The notes below the pieces were generated by a model. The model saw only the letters and a program-made list of their open reading frames with translations. It was not told the DNA's origin and ran no database searches. 64,000 bases of DNA from Chloroflexota bacterium (GTDB taxonomy: Bacteria > Chloroflexota > Anaerolineae > Aggregatilineales > J027): NCBI GenBank assembly GCA_024434115.1, contig QMIT01000004.1, forward strand, positions 106,632 to 170,631, read 5' to 3'. Positions within the stretch are counted from its first letter, which is position 1; every line of letters begins with the position of its first letter. Of the stretch, positions 20,604 through 30,123 are shown one piece after another. The translations under genes and the position numbers were made by a program.

Positions 20604-21203
20604 ATGGACACAAAACACGACGACCCAATTCTCAATCCGTTGATGACCCGTATTCAACGCGGCGATCAAACGGCCTGCACCGAACTGTATGACCTATATG
20701 CGCCGGGTGTTTATCGCTTGGGCTATAGCGTCTTGCTGCATCGTCAGGATGCGGAAGATGTAGTACAAGAAGTGTTCGTCTATGTCTTTCGCAATCTCAA
20801 ACTGTATGATCCCAATCGGGGTCAATTCCGCACATGGCTGTATACGATTACCATCAGCCGCTGCCGTAATGCCCGCCGCCGCAAGATGCTGCCCACCGTC
20901 GCTCTAAGCGATTTATTATTACTCGGTCTCGAACCGCACGGGCCAGAAAGCGAAAATCCGGAGACCGCCAGTCTGCGTGAGGACGCCAACCGCGTCTTGG
21001 CCCAAGCCCTCAAAACGCTTTCATCCCGCCTGCGCGAGGCCGTTGCTTTGCGTTATGGTCAGGGATTGACCTATCGTGAAATGGGTGAGATTTTGAACAT
21101 CCCGCCCAAAACCGCTGAGTCGCGCATTCGTTTGGCTCATGAAGCCCTCCGCAGTGCGATGCAGCCAAATGATATTGCATTACTAGAGGAATTTTTAGGA
21201 TAG
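20604..21203 (+). CDS. ECF-type RNA polymerase sigma factor
   Basis: Region 2 DAEDVVQEVF..F RTWLYTI, region 4 REAVALRY.QGLTYREMGEIL..P.KTAESRI. ATG at 20604 follows AGGA; the track start is 20532. Confidence 0.93.
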   Translation: MDTKHDDPILNPLMTRIQRGDQTACTELYDLYAPGVYRLGYSVLLHRQDAEDVVQEVFVYVFRNLKLYDPNRGQFRTWLYTITISRCRNARRRKMLPTVALSDLLLLGLEPHGPESENPETASLREDANRVLAQALKTLSSRLREAVALRYGQGLTYREMGEILNIPPKTAESRIRLAHEALRSAMQPNDIALLEEFLG

Positions 21204-21205
21204 CT

Positions 21206-21841
21206 GTGGACATCAAGGAGCAACTTTTAGCCTATCTGGAAGGGACTCTCACCCCGGCCCAACGGCGCGAGGTCGTGCGACGTTTGGCTATCTCGCATCA
21301 ATGGCAGGCAGAACTTGAGGCCATCCAATATTCCCAATCTCAACTCAAGCGCGAAATGCCTGCGTTTGGCTGCCCTACGCACAAACAATTGACGGCGCTG
21401 TTACCAGACATATTGGAAAAATCCAAACAGCCTTCCCGCCTCCGTGAAAAGATGGATTGGGCACAAGGCGGGATGCTGTTGTGCATGGTTGCAGTCATAT
21501 TGATGATGGTACCTATCCTGATTAAGGCCCAAACAGCAGTTTTGGCTTCGACCAATCTCAAAAATATCCCGGCCACCACCAATACGCCTGTCGCCATCCG
21601 GGTCAGCACCCTCGAAGTACCACGTGCAGTGGTAGCTTCTTCCAACGGGGCGAATGTGGTCGAGGCCGTAGTTTATCGCATCCAAGCGGATTTTCAATAT
21701 TGTGATCTACGCACGGGCCTCTTTTTGCCTATTTCACCCCGCACCCGCTCGGATGTCCGGGCAGTTGGATTGACACCTGCTCCTGTACCCGGTTCAACTC
21801 TTGAACCAAGCCGCGAGGCCGCTCTTGAAACTCGTCAGTAA
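21206..21841 (+). CDS. Putative membrane-anchored anti-sigma factor
   Basis: Starts 2 nt after the sigma gene. N-terminal LLAYLEGTLTPAQRREV..L helix of zf-HC2 type, one TM helix, Pro/Thr-rich C-terminus. Confidence 0.75.
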   Translation: MDIKEQLLAYLEGTLTPAQRREVVRRLAISHQWQAELEAIQYSQSQLKREMPAFGCPTHKQLTALLPDILEKSKQPSRLREKMDWAQGGMLLCMVAVILMMVPILIKAQTAVLASTNLKNIPATTNTPVAIRVSTLEVPRAVVASSNGANVVEAVVYRIQADFQYCDLRTGLFLPISPRTRSDVRAVGLTPAPVPGSTLEPSREAALETRQ

Positions 21842-21854
21842 TTCGTTTTAAATC

Positions 21855-21863
21855 TGCTATACT
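21855..21863 (+). promoter_or_regulatory. Extended -10 element upstream of the TIGR03663-NHL gene
   Basis: TGCTATACT about 46 nt before the ATG at 21910. Confidence 0.5.
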
Positions 21864-21909
21864 TGGACGACCATCTTATACCAGACCAGAGAAGAACAAT
21901 TTTCGACTT

Positions 21910-24900
21910 ATGGCAACATTAAACCCAACGGCCCAAAACGACGGGCCACCCGTCCTAGAAAAAGCCCTTCAGCGACTCTATACGCTCAACTTTGAAACCA
22001 TTGCCTACGTCATCATCTTCGCGGTGGCGGTCATCAGCCGGTTTTGGGATGTTGGCGCACGTGTCATGAGCCATGACGAAAGTCTCCACACCTACTATTC
22101 GTGGAAGCTCTATGACGCCGGTGATTTCCAACATACCCCCCTGATGCACGGGCCAGTGATTTTCCATATGGTCGCGTTTTTCTATTGGCTCTTTGGCCCC
22201 AGCGATTTTAGCGCCCGTGTCTACCCGGCGGTGCTGGGGGTCCTGTTGGTCATGTTCCCGCTATTGTTTAGGCGTTGGATCGGCAAAACTGGAGCGATTA
22301 TCACCAGCATCGGCCTCATTATTTCGCCGATGATCTTGTTTCACAGCCGCTATATCCGCGAAGACATCCCATCCGTTTTCTTCACACTTGTTATGTTCTA
22401 TGGCATTATGCAATACATAGATGGCGAAAAACCCCGTCGCCCCGTCTGGCTGGCGGTGATTGGTGGCGGGATGCTGCTCTCCCTTGCCAGTAAAGAAGTC
22501 GCCTTTATGTATATTGCCATTATTGGCAGCTTCTTTACCCTCTATTGGATTTTGCGGATCATCCAAGACCTGAATTTCAAACGCCAAATTTCGGTTGATG
22601 ATGTTTATGTGCCCAGCCCAACCATTGACGATGAACCAGAGGTCGTCAAAACCACCCCGGTTGAAACCCCTACCCCACTTTGGCAATTGTTGTTTGGGCA
22701 TCTTGTCACGTTCGCCTTTGCAGGCATTTTGGGGTATCTCGTGGGTCACTTGTTGGGCATCTTTACCGAAGCTCTGCAACCGGGGAACATGTTGCTTGGC
22801 CCGCTCAGTCTCACGCAAGGCCGATTTTTCACGCTGGTTTTTGCTGCTGTCTTTTTTGTGTTGGCAGAATTGTTTGGCCCAACACGCGGGCTACTATTCC
22901 TCTTCCTCGGTCGTGGCGCACGCCTCGTCAAAACCCGCCCCGAACCTAATGTCGCTCAAATGGTCGTCAATTTGCTGGCCGACGCCCGCAGCACCATCAT
23001 TTTGATTACGGCGGGTTTGGTGATTGGTGGGGTTGCGGCGCTGTGGGCCTTTAGTATTTTGGACATCATCAAGCCCGAAACCGTTTTTGAAGAATTTACC
23101 TTTGCCCAGCAGATCCAAGAACAGGCCGCCACTAATCCCAATATTATCAATGAGCTACCCGGCCCCGGTCAGAAAATCGAGGCCATTGATGTTCGGGTTA
23201 ATGAAACCGAACTCGGCCACGCCGCGACATGGCTGCTTGTCCCCATCGGCGTGATCTGTTTCCTGACCATCTTGATTGCCGCCCTCAAAACCCCGACCTC
23301 ACTGCGCTTTACACCGGGGGATGCCGCTGTCGTAATCGGTGGGGTAGCGCTCAACATTATCGTGCTATTTTTGAATGTCGTCGGGCCAGATTTTGGTCTA
23401 CCCAAAGCCGCCTTGTGGATTTTGCTGCCCATTGACCTGCTCGTTGTGGCCTTTCTGCTGCGTCCCCCTTGGCAAGATGTCTTGATTATTTTCTTGGTTG
23501 CCACGATCTTTTTTGGGGTGTTGTTGGTAGCCGAACGTCGCAGTTTGAAAACCGAAGACGAAGTACAGCAATCCCAATTTGCTGCCGACCCCAACGCCCC
23601 CGAGATTCAGCAGGATGTCCAACACCACAACAAATATATATGGTTCTCATGGCTGGCCGGAACAATTATTACGGCAGCCGTCCTATTGACGCGCATGTTC
23701 ACCAATTGGTGGGATTTCCTCAATCGCCAACCCGTTTTTGATGTCTTGATTGTGATTGGTACATTGGCCTTTCCATGGTTGGCGGCCTTCCCGCTGTTTT
23801 GGGCAGGCTACACATTGGACGCCGCCCCACTCCCGGATGACACTTTTAAAGCCGCCATCTTGGTCGTCATTCCATTTTTCTTAGTCAGTGCTTCGGTTGG
23901 CTTGGCATGGAATTATCGCCTCTGGCCTATCCCGCTGGCCGTATTTGCTTTGTTGTTTGTCGTCTTCTTCACGACCTTTTTTACCAATGGCAATGGCGTC
24001 GGTACAGGCTTGATCGGCTCACTCGGCTATTGGCTGGAACAACAAGGGGTGCGGCGCGGCAGTCAACCGCAGTATTATTACACCTTCCTTGAAATCCCGG
24101 TCTATGAATTTTTGCCGACCATCATCGCCAGCATCGCGGGGTTTGCGGGCCTATCAGGTCTCTTTGAATTCCGCCAAAAAGCCAACCGCTTTATTCGTGA
24201 GGCCGCCTATCACCAAAACGCCCAATCTGCTACGCAAACGGAAGCCGCCCTCACTCCCGAACAATCCCGTTCCCTTTATGAAATGGTCGGCAGTGAAGGC
24301 GAAACACTCACCAGCATCTCAACCGAAATGATTGAGATGGCCGAACGCAGCTATTCTGCCGGCGAGACACAGCTAGGATCACCCACCGTCGCAACCAATG
24401 TCGCAAGCCCAGCCTCCCCAACCGAAGCAGTAGCTACGGATGAAAACGGCAACAATCCAGCCTTGCCTGATCTAAGTGATTGGTTGGCCGAGCAAGGTGA
24501 AAATGGCAACTACAGTGTGCCAAATTGGGCACGCCCCTATGACCATGACGAAGAAATGGCGAAACGCTCCAATGGCGACCCGACCTATTTAGGCGGTTTC
24601 CCCTTCCTGCAATTCATGGGCTATTGGAGTGTGATGATTATCGTTGCACTCACAATGGCAGGCGAAAAGATGCCTTGGTTGACCACCCATATCAGCGTGC
24701 CATTGATATTTGTTGGCGGCGCTTACTTGGGAACGGTGATTGATAAAATCCGCTGGTCAAGTGTCAAAGCCAGTGGTTGGGTATTGTTGGCCCTCGTCGT
24801 ACCCGTATTCCTAATCGCCCTTGAACAGCTATTGATGCCAGCCTTCACCGGGGGAACCGATTTGCCATTTCAGGGCCGTTCCCAAATGGAATTGGAAGCC

Positions 24901-27165
24901 ACCGGGCAGTGGATTGCCGCGCTCATTGGCGTCATCATCACGGGCTATTTCATGGTACAGTTAACCATCCAGACCGGGTTTGAACAAGCCCGTAAACTCA
25001 TCTTCGTTTCGGCAACCATTTTGCTGGCGGTTCTGACTGCACGGGTGGCGTGGCTCGCGGCCTACATCAATTACGACTACCCCACTGAATTTATGGTCTA
25101 TGCCCATTCCGGCCCAGCCGTCAAGACAGTCATGGAAGATGTCTATTACCTAGCCGAACGCCACCCCGACGGCATGAACATGCGTATTGTCTATGATGAC
25201 GAGTCTTCATGGCCCTTCACATGGTATCTGCGCGATTTCCGCAATTACGGCTTTATGGTTGGCGAGGCCACCACTGTCAGCAGCAACCCTGCCCAGTTAG
25301 ACGGCGCGGAAGTGGTCATCGTTGGCAACAAGAAAAACGCCGAAGTCGAGCGCATCCTCGGCAAAGATTATTATCGCTTCGACTACATCCGCTTGTGGTG
25401 GCCCATGCAGGCCTATTTCAATTTGGACTACAATCGCATCGCCAATCTTTTTGAATCCGACACCACCAACCCTGCCGCCAGCTATTATCGGCGGGCTATT
25501 TGGGACATCTGGTGGGCACGTGATTACAAAGGCTATGGGCAGGCCGAGTGCATTGAACGCGATATGCGCCAATGTCTGGTTGAAGGCAGCGAAGACGCCT
25601 ATGACCCAACCTGCATCCAGCGCATTACTGGCGAATGTGGTGCCGACAGTCGCTATAACGTTGAAAATTGGCCTGTTTCCGACGCACTGTATGTCTACGT
25701 CCACAAAGACTTTGTTGCCACCATTTGGGATAGCGGCCTTGATGGACAAAGTGTCACCGAACGGTTGGTTCCCGATCCTGAAAACGTGGTACAGCGTGAA
25801 GTGGTCCCCAGTGCCGCGTTTGGTCAAGGCGAAATAACCGAGCCGCGTGACATTGAAGTAGACGCCGATGGCAATTTGGTCGTGGCGGATAACAAGAATC
25901 GCCGTATCGCCATCTACTCCCCCGATGGCACATTCCTACGGGAAATGGGGGTTGGTCAACTGAATGAACTATGGGGTGTCGCGGTTAGTCCGGTGGATGG
26001 CAATATCTATGCCGCCGACACGTGGAATCATCGCATTGTCGTCTTCAACCCCGCCGGTGAATTGATTGATACCTATGGCCGTAATGGGGTCATTGCCGAT
26101 GGCACGGATTCAATCGAGGGTTTCTATGGCCCACGTGATGTTGCCGTTGATAAGAATGGCTTCATCTACGTCGCCGACACAGGCAACCACCGTATCCGCG
26201 TCTATGACCAAAATTGGAACTACATCCGCGACATTGGCTCACGGGGCACAGGCGCAGGCCAACTTCAAGAACCCGTCGGCATTGCCATCCATCCAATTTC
26301 CGGCGAACTATACATCGCTGAAACATGGAATCAGCGTGTCTCGGTCTTCAAGCGCGATGGCATCTATGTCCGTAGCTGGGATGTCAACATGTGGGAAGGC
26401 ACGCAGTTCTCACCCAATCGCCCCTATCTCACCATTTCGCCAGATGGCACGCTCATTTTTGTCGGCGACATGGACAGCAGTGGTGGCAACAGTGGCCCGC
26501 GTGTCGTCGGTTATGATCTAAGTGGTCAAGCGATGATTGCCCTCAATGGTGGCCTCGCCGTAGACGCGAATAATCTCGATCAAAATGGCAATATCGCAGG
26601 CGTTTTGATTGTGGGGGGTCTGGCCTTTGGTCAAAACGGGCAGCTTTATGTTGCCGACGCGGGCACATCGCGCATCGTGGTCTTCCCGCCGACGGGGGTT
26701 ACAGGCAATCTTGCCCCCATTCAAGACCCCAGTTATGGAACAGGCGAGAACCCCTCTACAGGCAGTGAAACCACGCAGGGTGAAACCTTCCTGACCACCG
26801 CCGACATGGAATTTTTGGATGCGTTTGGCCTGTCCTATTGGCGTATCCTCAGCACGGGTGATTACGAAGGTTATAAGACCCTCTTCTGCCCAGACGTGCT
26901 CAGTTATATCCCGAATCGAGACACCTTCCTCAACACCATCGCCAAGAATTATTTGGGCGTGAACGTAGATCAGACCGTCTCGATGCCTGAAATTGTGGAT
27001 GGCAAAGTCGTCATCCGGTGGAGCGGCTACATTGTGCGGGGTGTTGGTTCGGGCAATGAACAGGTCGAAACGATTAATACCGTCGCCCCACTCGAAATGC
27101 AGCGCAGTGGCGCAGGTTGGTACATCTGCCCTGAAAGACCTGTTTTCCGTCCCGGTGGGGGTTGA
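21910..27165 (+). CDS. TIGR03663/Agl23-family GT-C protein fused to an NHL-repeat beta-propeller
   Basis: RVMSHDESLH, TPLMHGP, SRYIRED, SLGYWL.QQGVRRGSQP.YYY, AGEKMPWL, SWPFTWYLRD. NHL repeats (PRDVAVD..G.IYVADTGNHRI) at about 25830-26690. Confidence 0.9.
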   Translation: MATLNPTAQNDGPPVLEKALQRLYTLNFETIAYVIIFAVAVISRFWDVGARVMSHDESLHTYYSWKLYDAGDFQHTPLMHGPVIFHMVAFFYWLFGPSDFSARVYPAVLGVLLVMFPLLFRRWIGKTGAIITSIGLIISPMILFHSRYIREDIPSVFFTLVMFYGIMQYIDGEKPRRPVWLAVIGGGMLLSLASKEVAFMYIAIIGSFFTLYWILRIIQDLNFKRQISVDDVYVPSPTIDDEPEVVKTTPVETPTPLWQLLFGHLVTFAFAGILGYLVGHLLGIFTEALQPGNMLLGPLSLTQGRFFTLVFAAVFFVLAELFGPTRGLLFLFLGRGARLVKTRPEPNVAQMVVNLLADARSTIILITAGLVIGGVAALWAFSILDIIKPETVFEEFTFAQQIQEQAATNPNIINELPGPGQKIEAIDVRVNETELGHAATWLLVPIGVICFLTILIAALKTPTSLRFTPGDAAVVIGGVALNIIVLFLNVVGPDFGLPKAALWILLPIDLLVVAFLLRPPWQDVLIIFLVATIFFGVLLVAERRSLKTEDEVQQSQFAADPNAPEIQQDVQHHNKYIWFSWLAGTIITAAVLLTRMFTNWWDFLNRQPVFDVLIVIGTLAFPWLAAFPLFWAGYTLDAAPLPDDTFKAAILVVIPFFLVSASVGLAWNYRLWPIPLAVFALLFVVFFTTFFTNGNGVGTGLIGSLGYWLEQQGVRRGSQPQYYYTFLEIPVYEFLPTIIASIAGFAGLSGLFEFRQKANRFIREAAYHQNAQSATQTEAALTPEQSRSLYEMVGSEGETLTSISTEMIEMAERSYSAGETQLGSPTVATNVASPASPTEAVATDENGNNPALPDLSDWLAEQGENGNYSVPNWARPYDHDEEMAKRSNGDPTYLGGFPFLQFMGYWSVMIIVALTMAGEKMPWLTTHISVPLIFVGGAYLGTVIDKIRWSSVKASGWVLLALVVPVFLIALEQLLMPAFTGGTDLPFQGRSQMELEATGQWIAALIGVIITGYFMVQLTIQTGFEQARKLIFVSATILLAVLTARVAWLAAYINYDYPTEFMVYAHSGPAVKTVMEDVYYLAERHPDGMNMRIVYDDESSWPFTWYLRDFRNYGFMVGEATTVSSNPAQLDGAEVVIVGNKKNAEVERILGKDYYRFDYIRLWWPMQAYFNLDYNRIANLFESDTTNPAASYYRRAIWDIWWARDYKGYGQAECIERDMRQCLVEGSEDAYDPTCIQRITGECGADSRYNVENWPVSDALYVYVHKDFVATIWDSGLDGQSVTERLVPDPENVVQREVVPSAAFGQGEITEPRDIEVDADGNLVVADNKNRRIAIYSPDGTFLREMGVGQLNELWGVAVSPVDGNIYAADTWNHRIVVFNPAGELIDTYGRNGVIADGTDSIEGFYGPRDVAVDKNGFIYVADTGNHRIRVYDQNWNYIRDIGSRGTGAGQLQEPVGIAIHPISGELYIAETWNQRVSVFKRDGIYVRSWDVNMWEGTQFSPNRPYLTISPDGTLIFVGDMDSSGGNSGPRVVGYDLSGQAMIALNGGLAVDANNLDQNGNIAGVLIVGGLAFGQNGQLYVADAGTSRIVVFPPTGVTGNLAPIQDPSYGTGENPSTGSETTQGETFLTTADMEFLDAFGLSYWRILSTGDYEGYKTLFCPDVLSYIPNRDTFLNTIAKNYLGVNVDQTVSMPEIVDGKVVIRWSGYIVRGVGSGNEQVETINTVAPLEMQRSGAGWYICPERPVFRPGGG

Positions 27166-27172
27166 TTTTGGT

Positions 27173-27202
27173 AAGGGCGTGGCTTCCAACCGCGTCCTTT
27201 TT
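27173..27202 (+). terminator. Rho-independent terminator ending the glycosyltransferase cluster
   Basis: AAGGGCGTGG/CCGCGTCCTT stem followed by a T run. Confidence 0.75.
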
Positions 27203-27334
27203 ATGCAAACATAAATTTTGCACAAAAATTTCCACCACCTGCTTGATTCCACTTCAATAGAATTGTAGAATTTTATGGTGTATCATGTGTATGTGATATC
27301 TCGTCAGGTTAGTTAGAGTGATGGTGAAACGCCT

Positions 27335-27631
27335 ATGCCCTTATATGCCTATCAGTGTCGCGCTTGCGGCCACGAATTTGAAACCCGCCAAAGTTTTCAT
27401 GATGCCCCGTTGACGGATTGCCCCAACTGCCAGACCGAAAACGCCGTCTTCCGCGTCATTCAAGCCGCTGGAGTGGTCTTCAAAGGTTCTGGTTGGTATA
27501 TCACGGATAGCAAAGGCAAAAAAGACAGCGTGTTGGGCAGCACGAAGTCCAATAGCACTACTTCAACGACAACCGAAACCAGCACCCCCGTTGAGACCAA
27601 AGCCAAGCCCGCCGAGGCTGCCGCCGACTAA
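27335..27631 (+). CDS. FmdB-family zinc-ribbon protein
   Basis: MPLYAYQCRACGHEFE..CPNC..FKGSGWYITD and an S/T-rich tail. Confidence 0.9.
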   Translation: MPLYAYQCRACGHEFETRQSFHDAPLTDCPNCQTENAVFRVIQAAGVVFKGSGWYITDSKGKKDSVLGSTKSNSTTSTTTETSTPVETKAKPAEAAAD

Positions 27632-27656
27632 CCCAATGATTAAATCGAACGCTACT

Positions 27657-27703
27657 ACCTGAGCAGTTCCCAACTCATGGGAATTTCTCAGGTTGTTTTG
27701 TTT
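27657..27703 (+). terminator. Terminator hairpin between convergent genes
   Basis: ACCTGAG..TTCCCA/TGGGAA..CTCAGGT stem followed by TGTTTTGTTT. Confidence 0.7.
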
Positions 27704-27735
27704 ATAGGCCTATAGCTAAATTCAGCACGGCGGCT

Positions 27736-28917
27736 TTAGCCCCGTGTAAGGCGAAATTGCAGTACCACCGACTTCCCCAAGCGGATCATATCCCCGTTTT
27801 CAATCGGCACAACCTCGCCCCGCAGCAAAGGCTTATCATAAAACACCGTGCGTTCACGGTCATCCAAATTTTCCAGATAATAGCGGCCTGTCTCGTCATC
27901 TAAAAACACCATGCACTGGCGCCTTGCAATCGCCCGATCCCGCAGGGGTACATCAACCTTTACCCCCCGCCCAACCGTCAGTGCAAAATCATCTATCGGC
28001 CAAATCTGCCCCACATCACCTTTGGCCTTGCTCTGAATAACTTCCAAATAAACTTCCGGTGTTTTGGCAGCCTCCTCAGCCTCAATTTCTGCACGGGTCT
28101 GGGCCATCTGACGCCGCTGTTCAAGTCGCCATTGTCGGCGCTGTCGCTGGGTCACAATTCGCCCAATTAATGCGACGGCCACCACGACAATCAACAAGCT
28201 GACCAACCATGCCTCAGCAGAAATTCCGCTAGTGGAGGAGTCGCCCGATTGAGAGGCGGCAAAAAGCAAAACTACCACTACCACTAGCCCTATCAATATC
28301 CCAATCGTATTCAGAACCATCCGCAAAAACGAAGGCTTAGGTCGGGGGGCTAGAGGTTCTTCTACCACTTTCGGCTTGGCGGATGTTGGGGGCCGCCGAG
28401 GGGTGGCTGCGATTGGACGTGGTGTTGGTTCAGGTCGCGCCGCCCGACTTGCCGCATCTGCCCGCGAGGATAATGGCTCTGAAATCGGCAGGTTCTCACC
28501 GGAAACACTTGGCGCAGGCCCAATCCATTTTTGCAATTGTGCCATGCCATCCGACTCTCGAAAATCGGCCCGTCGTTGCCGTAGTAAATCAAACGGCATC
28601 CAATGTTCCGCGCCGGGGGGTGCATCGGGGACAATACACGCAATGACCGGACGCCCTGTTCGCAAAAAAGGCCGCCACCACGCCTCAAATGCAGCGGCAG
28701 ATTCCCCCAACGCACTTTCTTTGGAGACCACTGCCAACAAATGCGTCGCTTTTTGTAACGCAGCCGTTGTTTTGCGCTGCAATGTGGCATCCTCGGGGTC
28801 GCTCTCCGGCGGCTCCATATACAGCGTATATCCAGCCTCACGCAGTTGTTGATAAAACCCTTGCGCCCATTCTGTGTCAATCGGCGCGTAAAGGAGAAAT
28901 AATTTGGGATTGGTCAT
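27736..28917 (-). CDS. TIR-like domain, 2 TM helices, FHA-like domain protein
   Basis: N-terminal LFLLYA..D.EWA..L.EAGY..A..LLAVVS..S..GRPVI (TIR_2 pattern), Pro-rich linker, TM hairpin, C-terminal LTVGRG..DV.L.D....R.....IENGDMIRLG (FHA pattern). Confidence 0.7.
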   Translation of the reverse strand: MTNPKLFLLYAPIDTEWAQGFYQQLREAGYTLYMEPPESDPEDATLQRKTTAALQKATHLLAVVSKESALGESAAAFEAWWRPFLRTGRPVIACIVPDAPPGAEHWMPFDLLRQRRADFRESDGMAQLQKWIGPAPSVSGENLPISEPLSSRADAASRAARPEPTPRPIAATPRRPPTSAKPKVVEEPLAPRPKPSFLRMVLNTIGILIGLVVVVVLLFAASQSGDSSTSGISAEAWLVSLLIVVVAVALIGRIVTQRQRRQWRLEQRRQMAQTRAEIEAEEAAKTPEVYLEVIQSKAKGDVGQIWPIDDFALTVGRGVKVDVPLRDRAIARRQCMVFLDDETGRYYLENLDDRERTVFYDKPLLRGEVVPIENGDMIRLGKSVVLQFRLTRG

Positions 28918-29834
28918 GTAATCAAACGCCCCACCACCAACGCGGGACTATCGGCACGCCGTAAAGTTTGGGCGATCTTGTTGACGGGATTCCCCATCGG
29001 CGTCACCCGTCGGCGCTCCACCTCAAGACCCACCTCGCGCATCACCTTCTCCGCTAGGCTGACCAAATCTGGCTTACCATTCGGCTCGTCATCTAACAAA
29101 TCCAGCATAATCACCAGATGTCCCCCCGGTTGCAGCAGTTCAGCCGCCTCCCGTAATGTCCGTTCGGGTTGGGCATACTTCTCTAGGCTAAAACTGAATA
29201 CCACCAGATCAAACACTCGGGTTTTAAATGGCAGACTATCCCACGCCGTCTGCACTCGCAAATACCGTGCATACGGATAGCTCGTCAAGCCATATGGCCC
29301 GACGTGCTGACTCATCCCAATGGTATTAAAACCCGATACATCGAGGCAGTAGGCAAACCAACCCGTGCTGTCGGAAATATCCAGTGCATACCCCATCGAA
29401 CCAATCGGCAGCATCTCAGCATCTCGTCGCGCCGCTTCCAATATCCGCCAAAATTCCGCCGTGACGTTCGCCCGCCGCTGCCAATAGAGAGCAGGCCACC
29501 CCGCCAATCCCGTTTGGGGTAACTGTCGAAACGTATCTACATCCGGCGGCAACCACCCCTGTGATTGAAGCTGCTGGGCCATCGCTACCGATTGCTGATT
29601 AAAAACAACGGCCTGCTCAGGTGTCACCAAGCGATACACCCCGTCTTGGAGTGCATAGACATGCCCCGCTTCTTGTTGGCATACCAGTCCACTACCTGTC
29701 TGGATTAATGCACTTCCATCCACCGGGCAGCGTAAAAAGGAGAGATGAATACCCCCACGCTTTTTGAGTCGTTCTTGAGTCAACTGGGGTGGGGTTGACC
29801 CGTTACCATTCCCATATGAATATGAATCACCCAT
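28914..29834 (-). CDS. Trm112-like N-terminus plus class I methyltransferase-like domain
   Basis: LRCPVDG..L..VC..GHVYALQDGV, then LPFKTRVFDLVV..LLQPGGHLVI. Motif I is degenerate (LDISDSTGW). Confidence 0.7.
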   Translation of the reverse strand: MGDSYSYGNGNGSTPPQLTQERLKKRGGIHLSFLRCPVDGSALIQTGSGLVCQQEAGHVYALQDGVYRLVTPEQAVVFNQQSVAMAQQLQSQGWLPPDVDTFRQLPQTGLAGWPALYWQRRANVTAEFWRILEAARRDAEMLPIGSMGYALDISDSTGWFAYCLDVSGFNTIGMSQHVGPYGLTSYPYARYLRVQTAWDSLPFKTRVFDLVVFSFSLEKYAQPERTLREAAELLQPGGHLVIMLDLLDDEPNGKPDLVSLAEKVMREVGLEVERRRVTPMGNPVNKIAQTLRRADSPALVVGRLIT

Positions 29835-30123
29835 GCGCCGACTTGCCTCGCTGTATCAATACCCATGCCCCAAAGACCGCCAAACCCAACAGCGGCCCGA
29901 CACACATGGCCGAGATAATCCGGATAGAATCATTATCCCAGCCCGCCGCCCCTGTCAGCAAATAAACCAAGACGGCCCCAATCACAAACAACACCAGCAG
30001 CACCCCACCCAACATACTGCCTTTGATAACGGCCTGCTGCACAATGACCTGTGGTGGCGGATTGGTCTCAGTAGTTTGGCCTTGAGTTGCATCTTGAGTT
30101 TGGCCCTGATCAATTTCACTCAC
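29827..30123 (-). CDS. Small 2-TM membrane protein
   Basis: Two hydrophobic helices; overlaps both neighbours; AGGAG upstream. Confidence 0.7.
   Translation of the reverse strand: MSEIDQGQTQDATQGQTTETNPPPQVIVQQAVIKGSMLGGVLLVLFVIGAVLVYLLTGAAGWDNDSIRIISAMCVGPLLGLAVFGAWVLIQRGKSAHG

Noticed and set aside
25830-26690. Repeated sequence units
   Set aside because: These are protein-level NHL repeats, not a CRISPR array or DNA repeat.
27736-28917. TIR protein as a Thoeris/CBASS-type anti-phage system
   Set aside because: No SIR2, Macro, cyclase or other defence genes nearby; the catalytic Glu appears absent; composition looks native.
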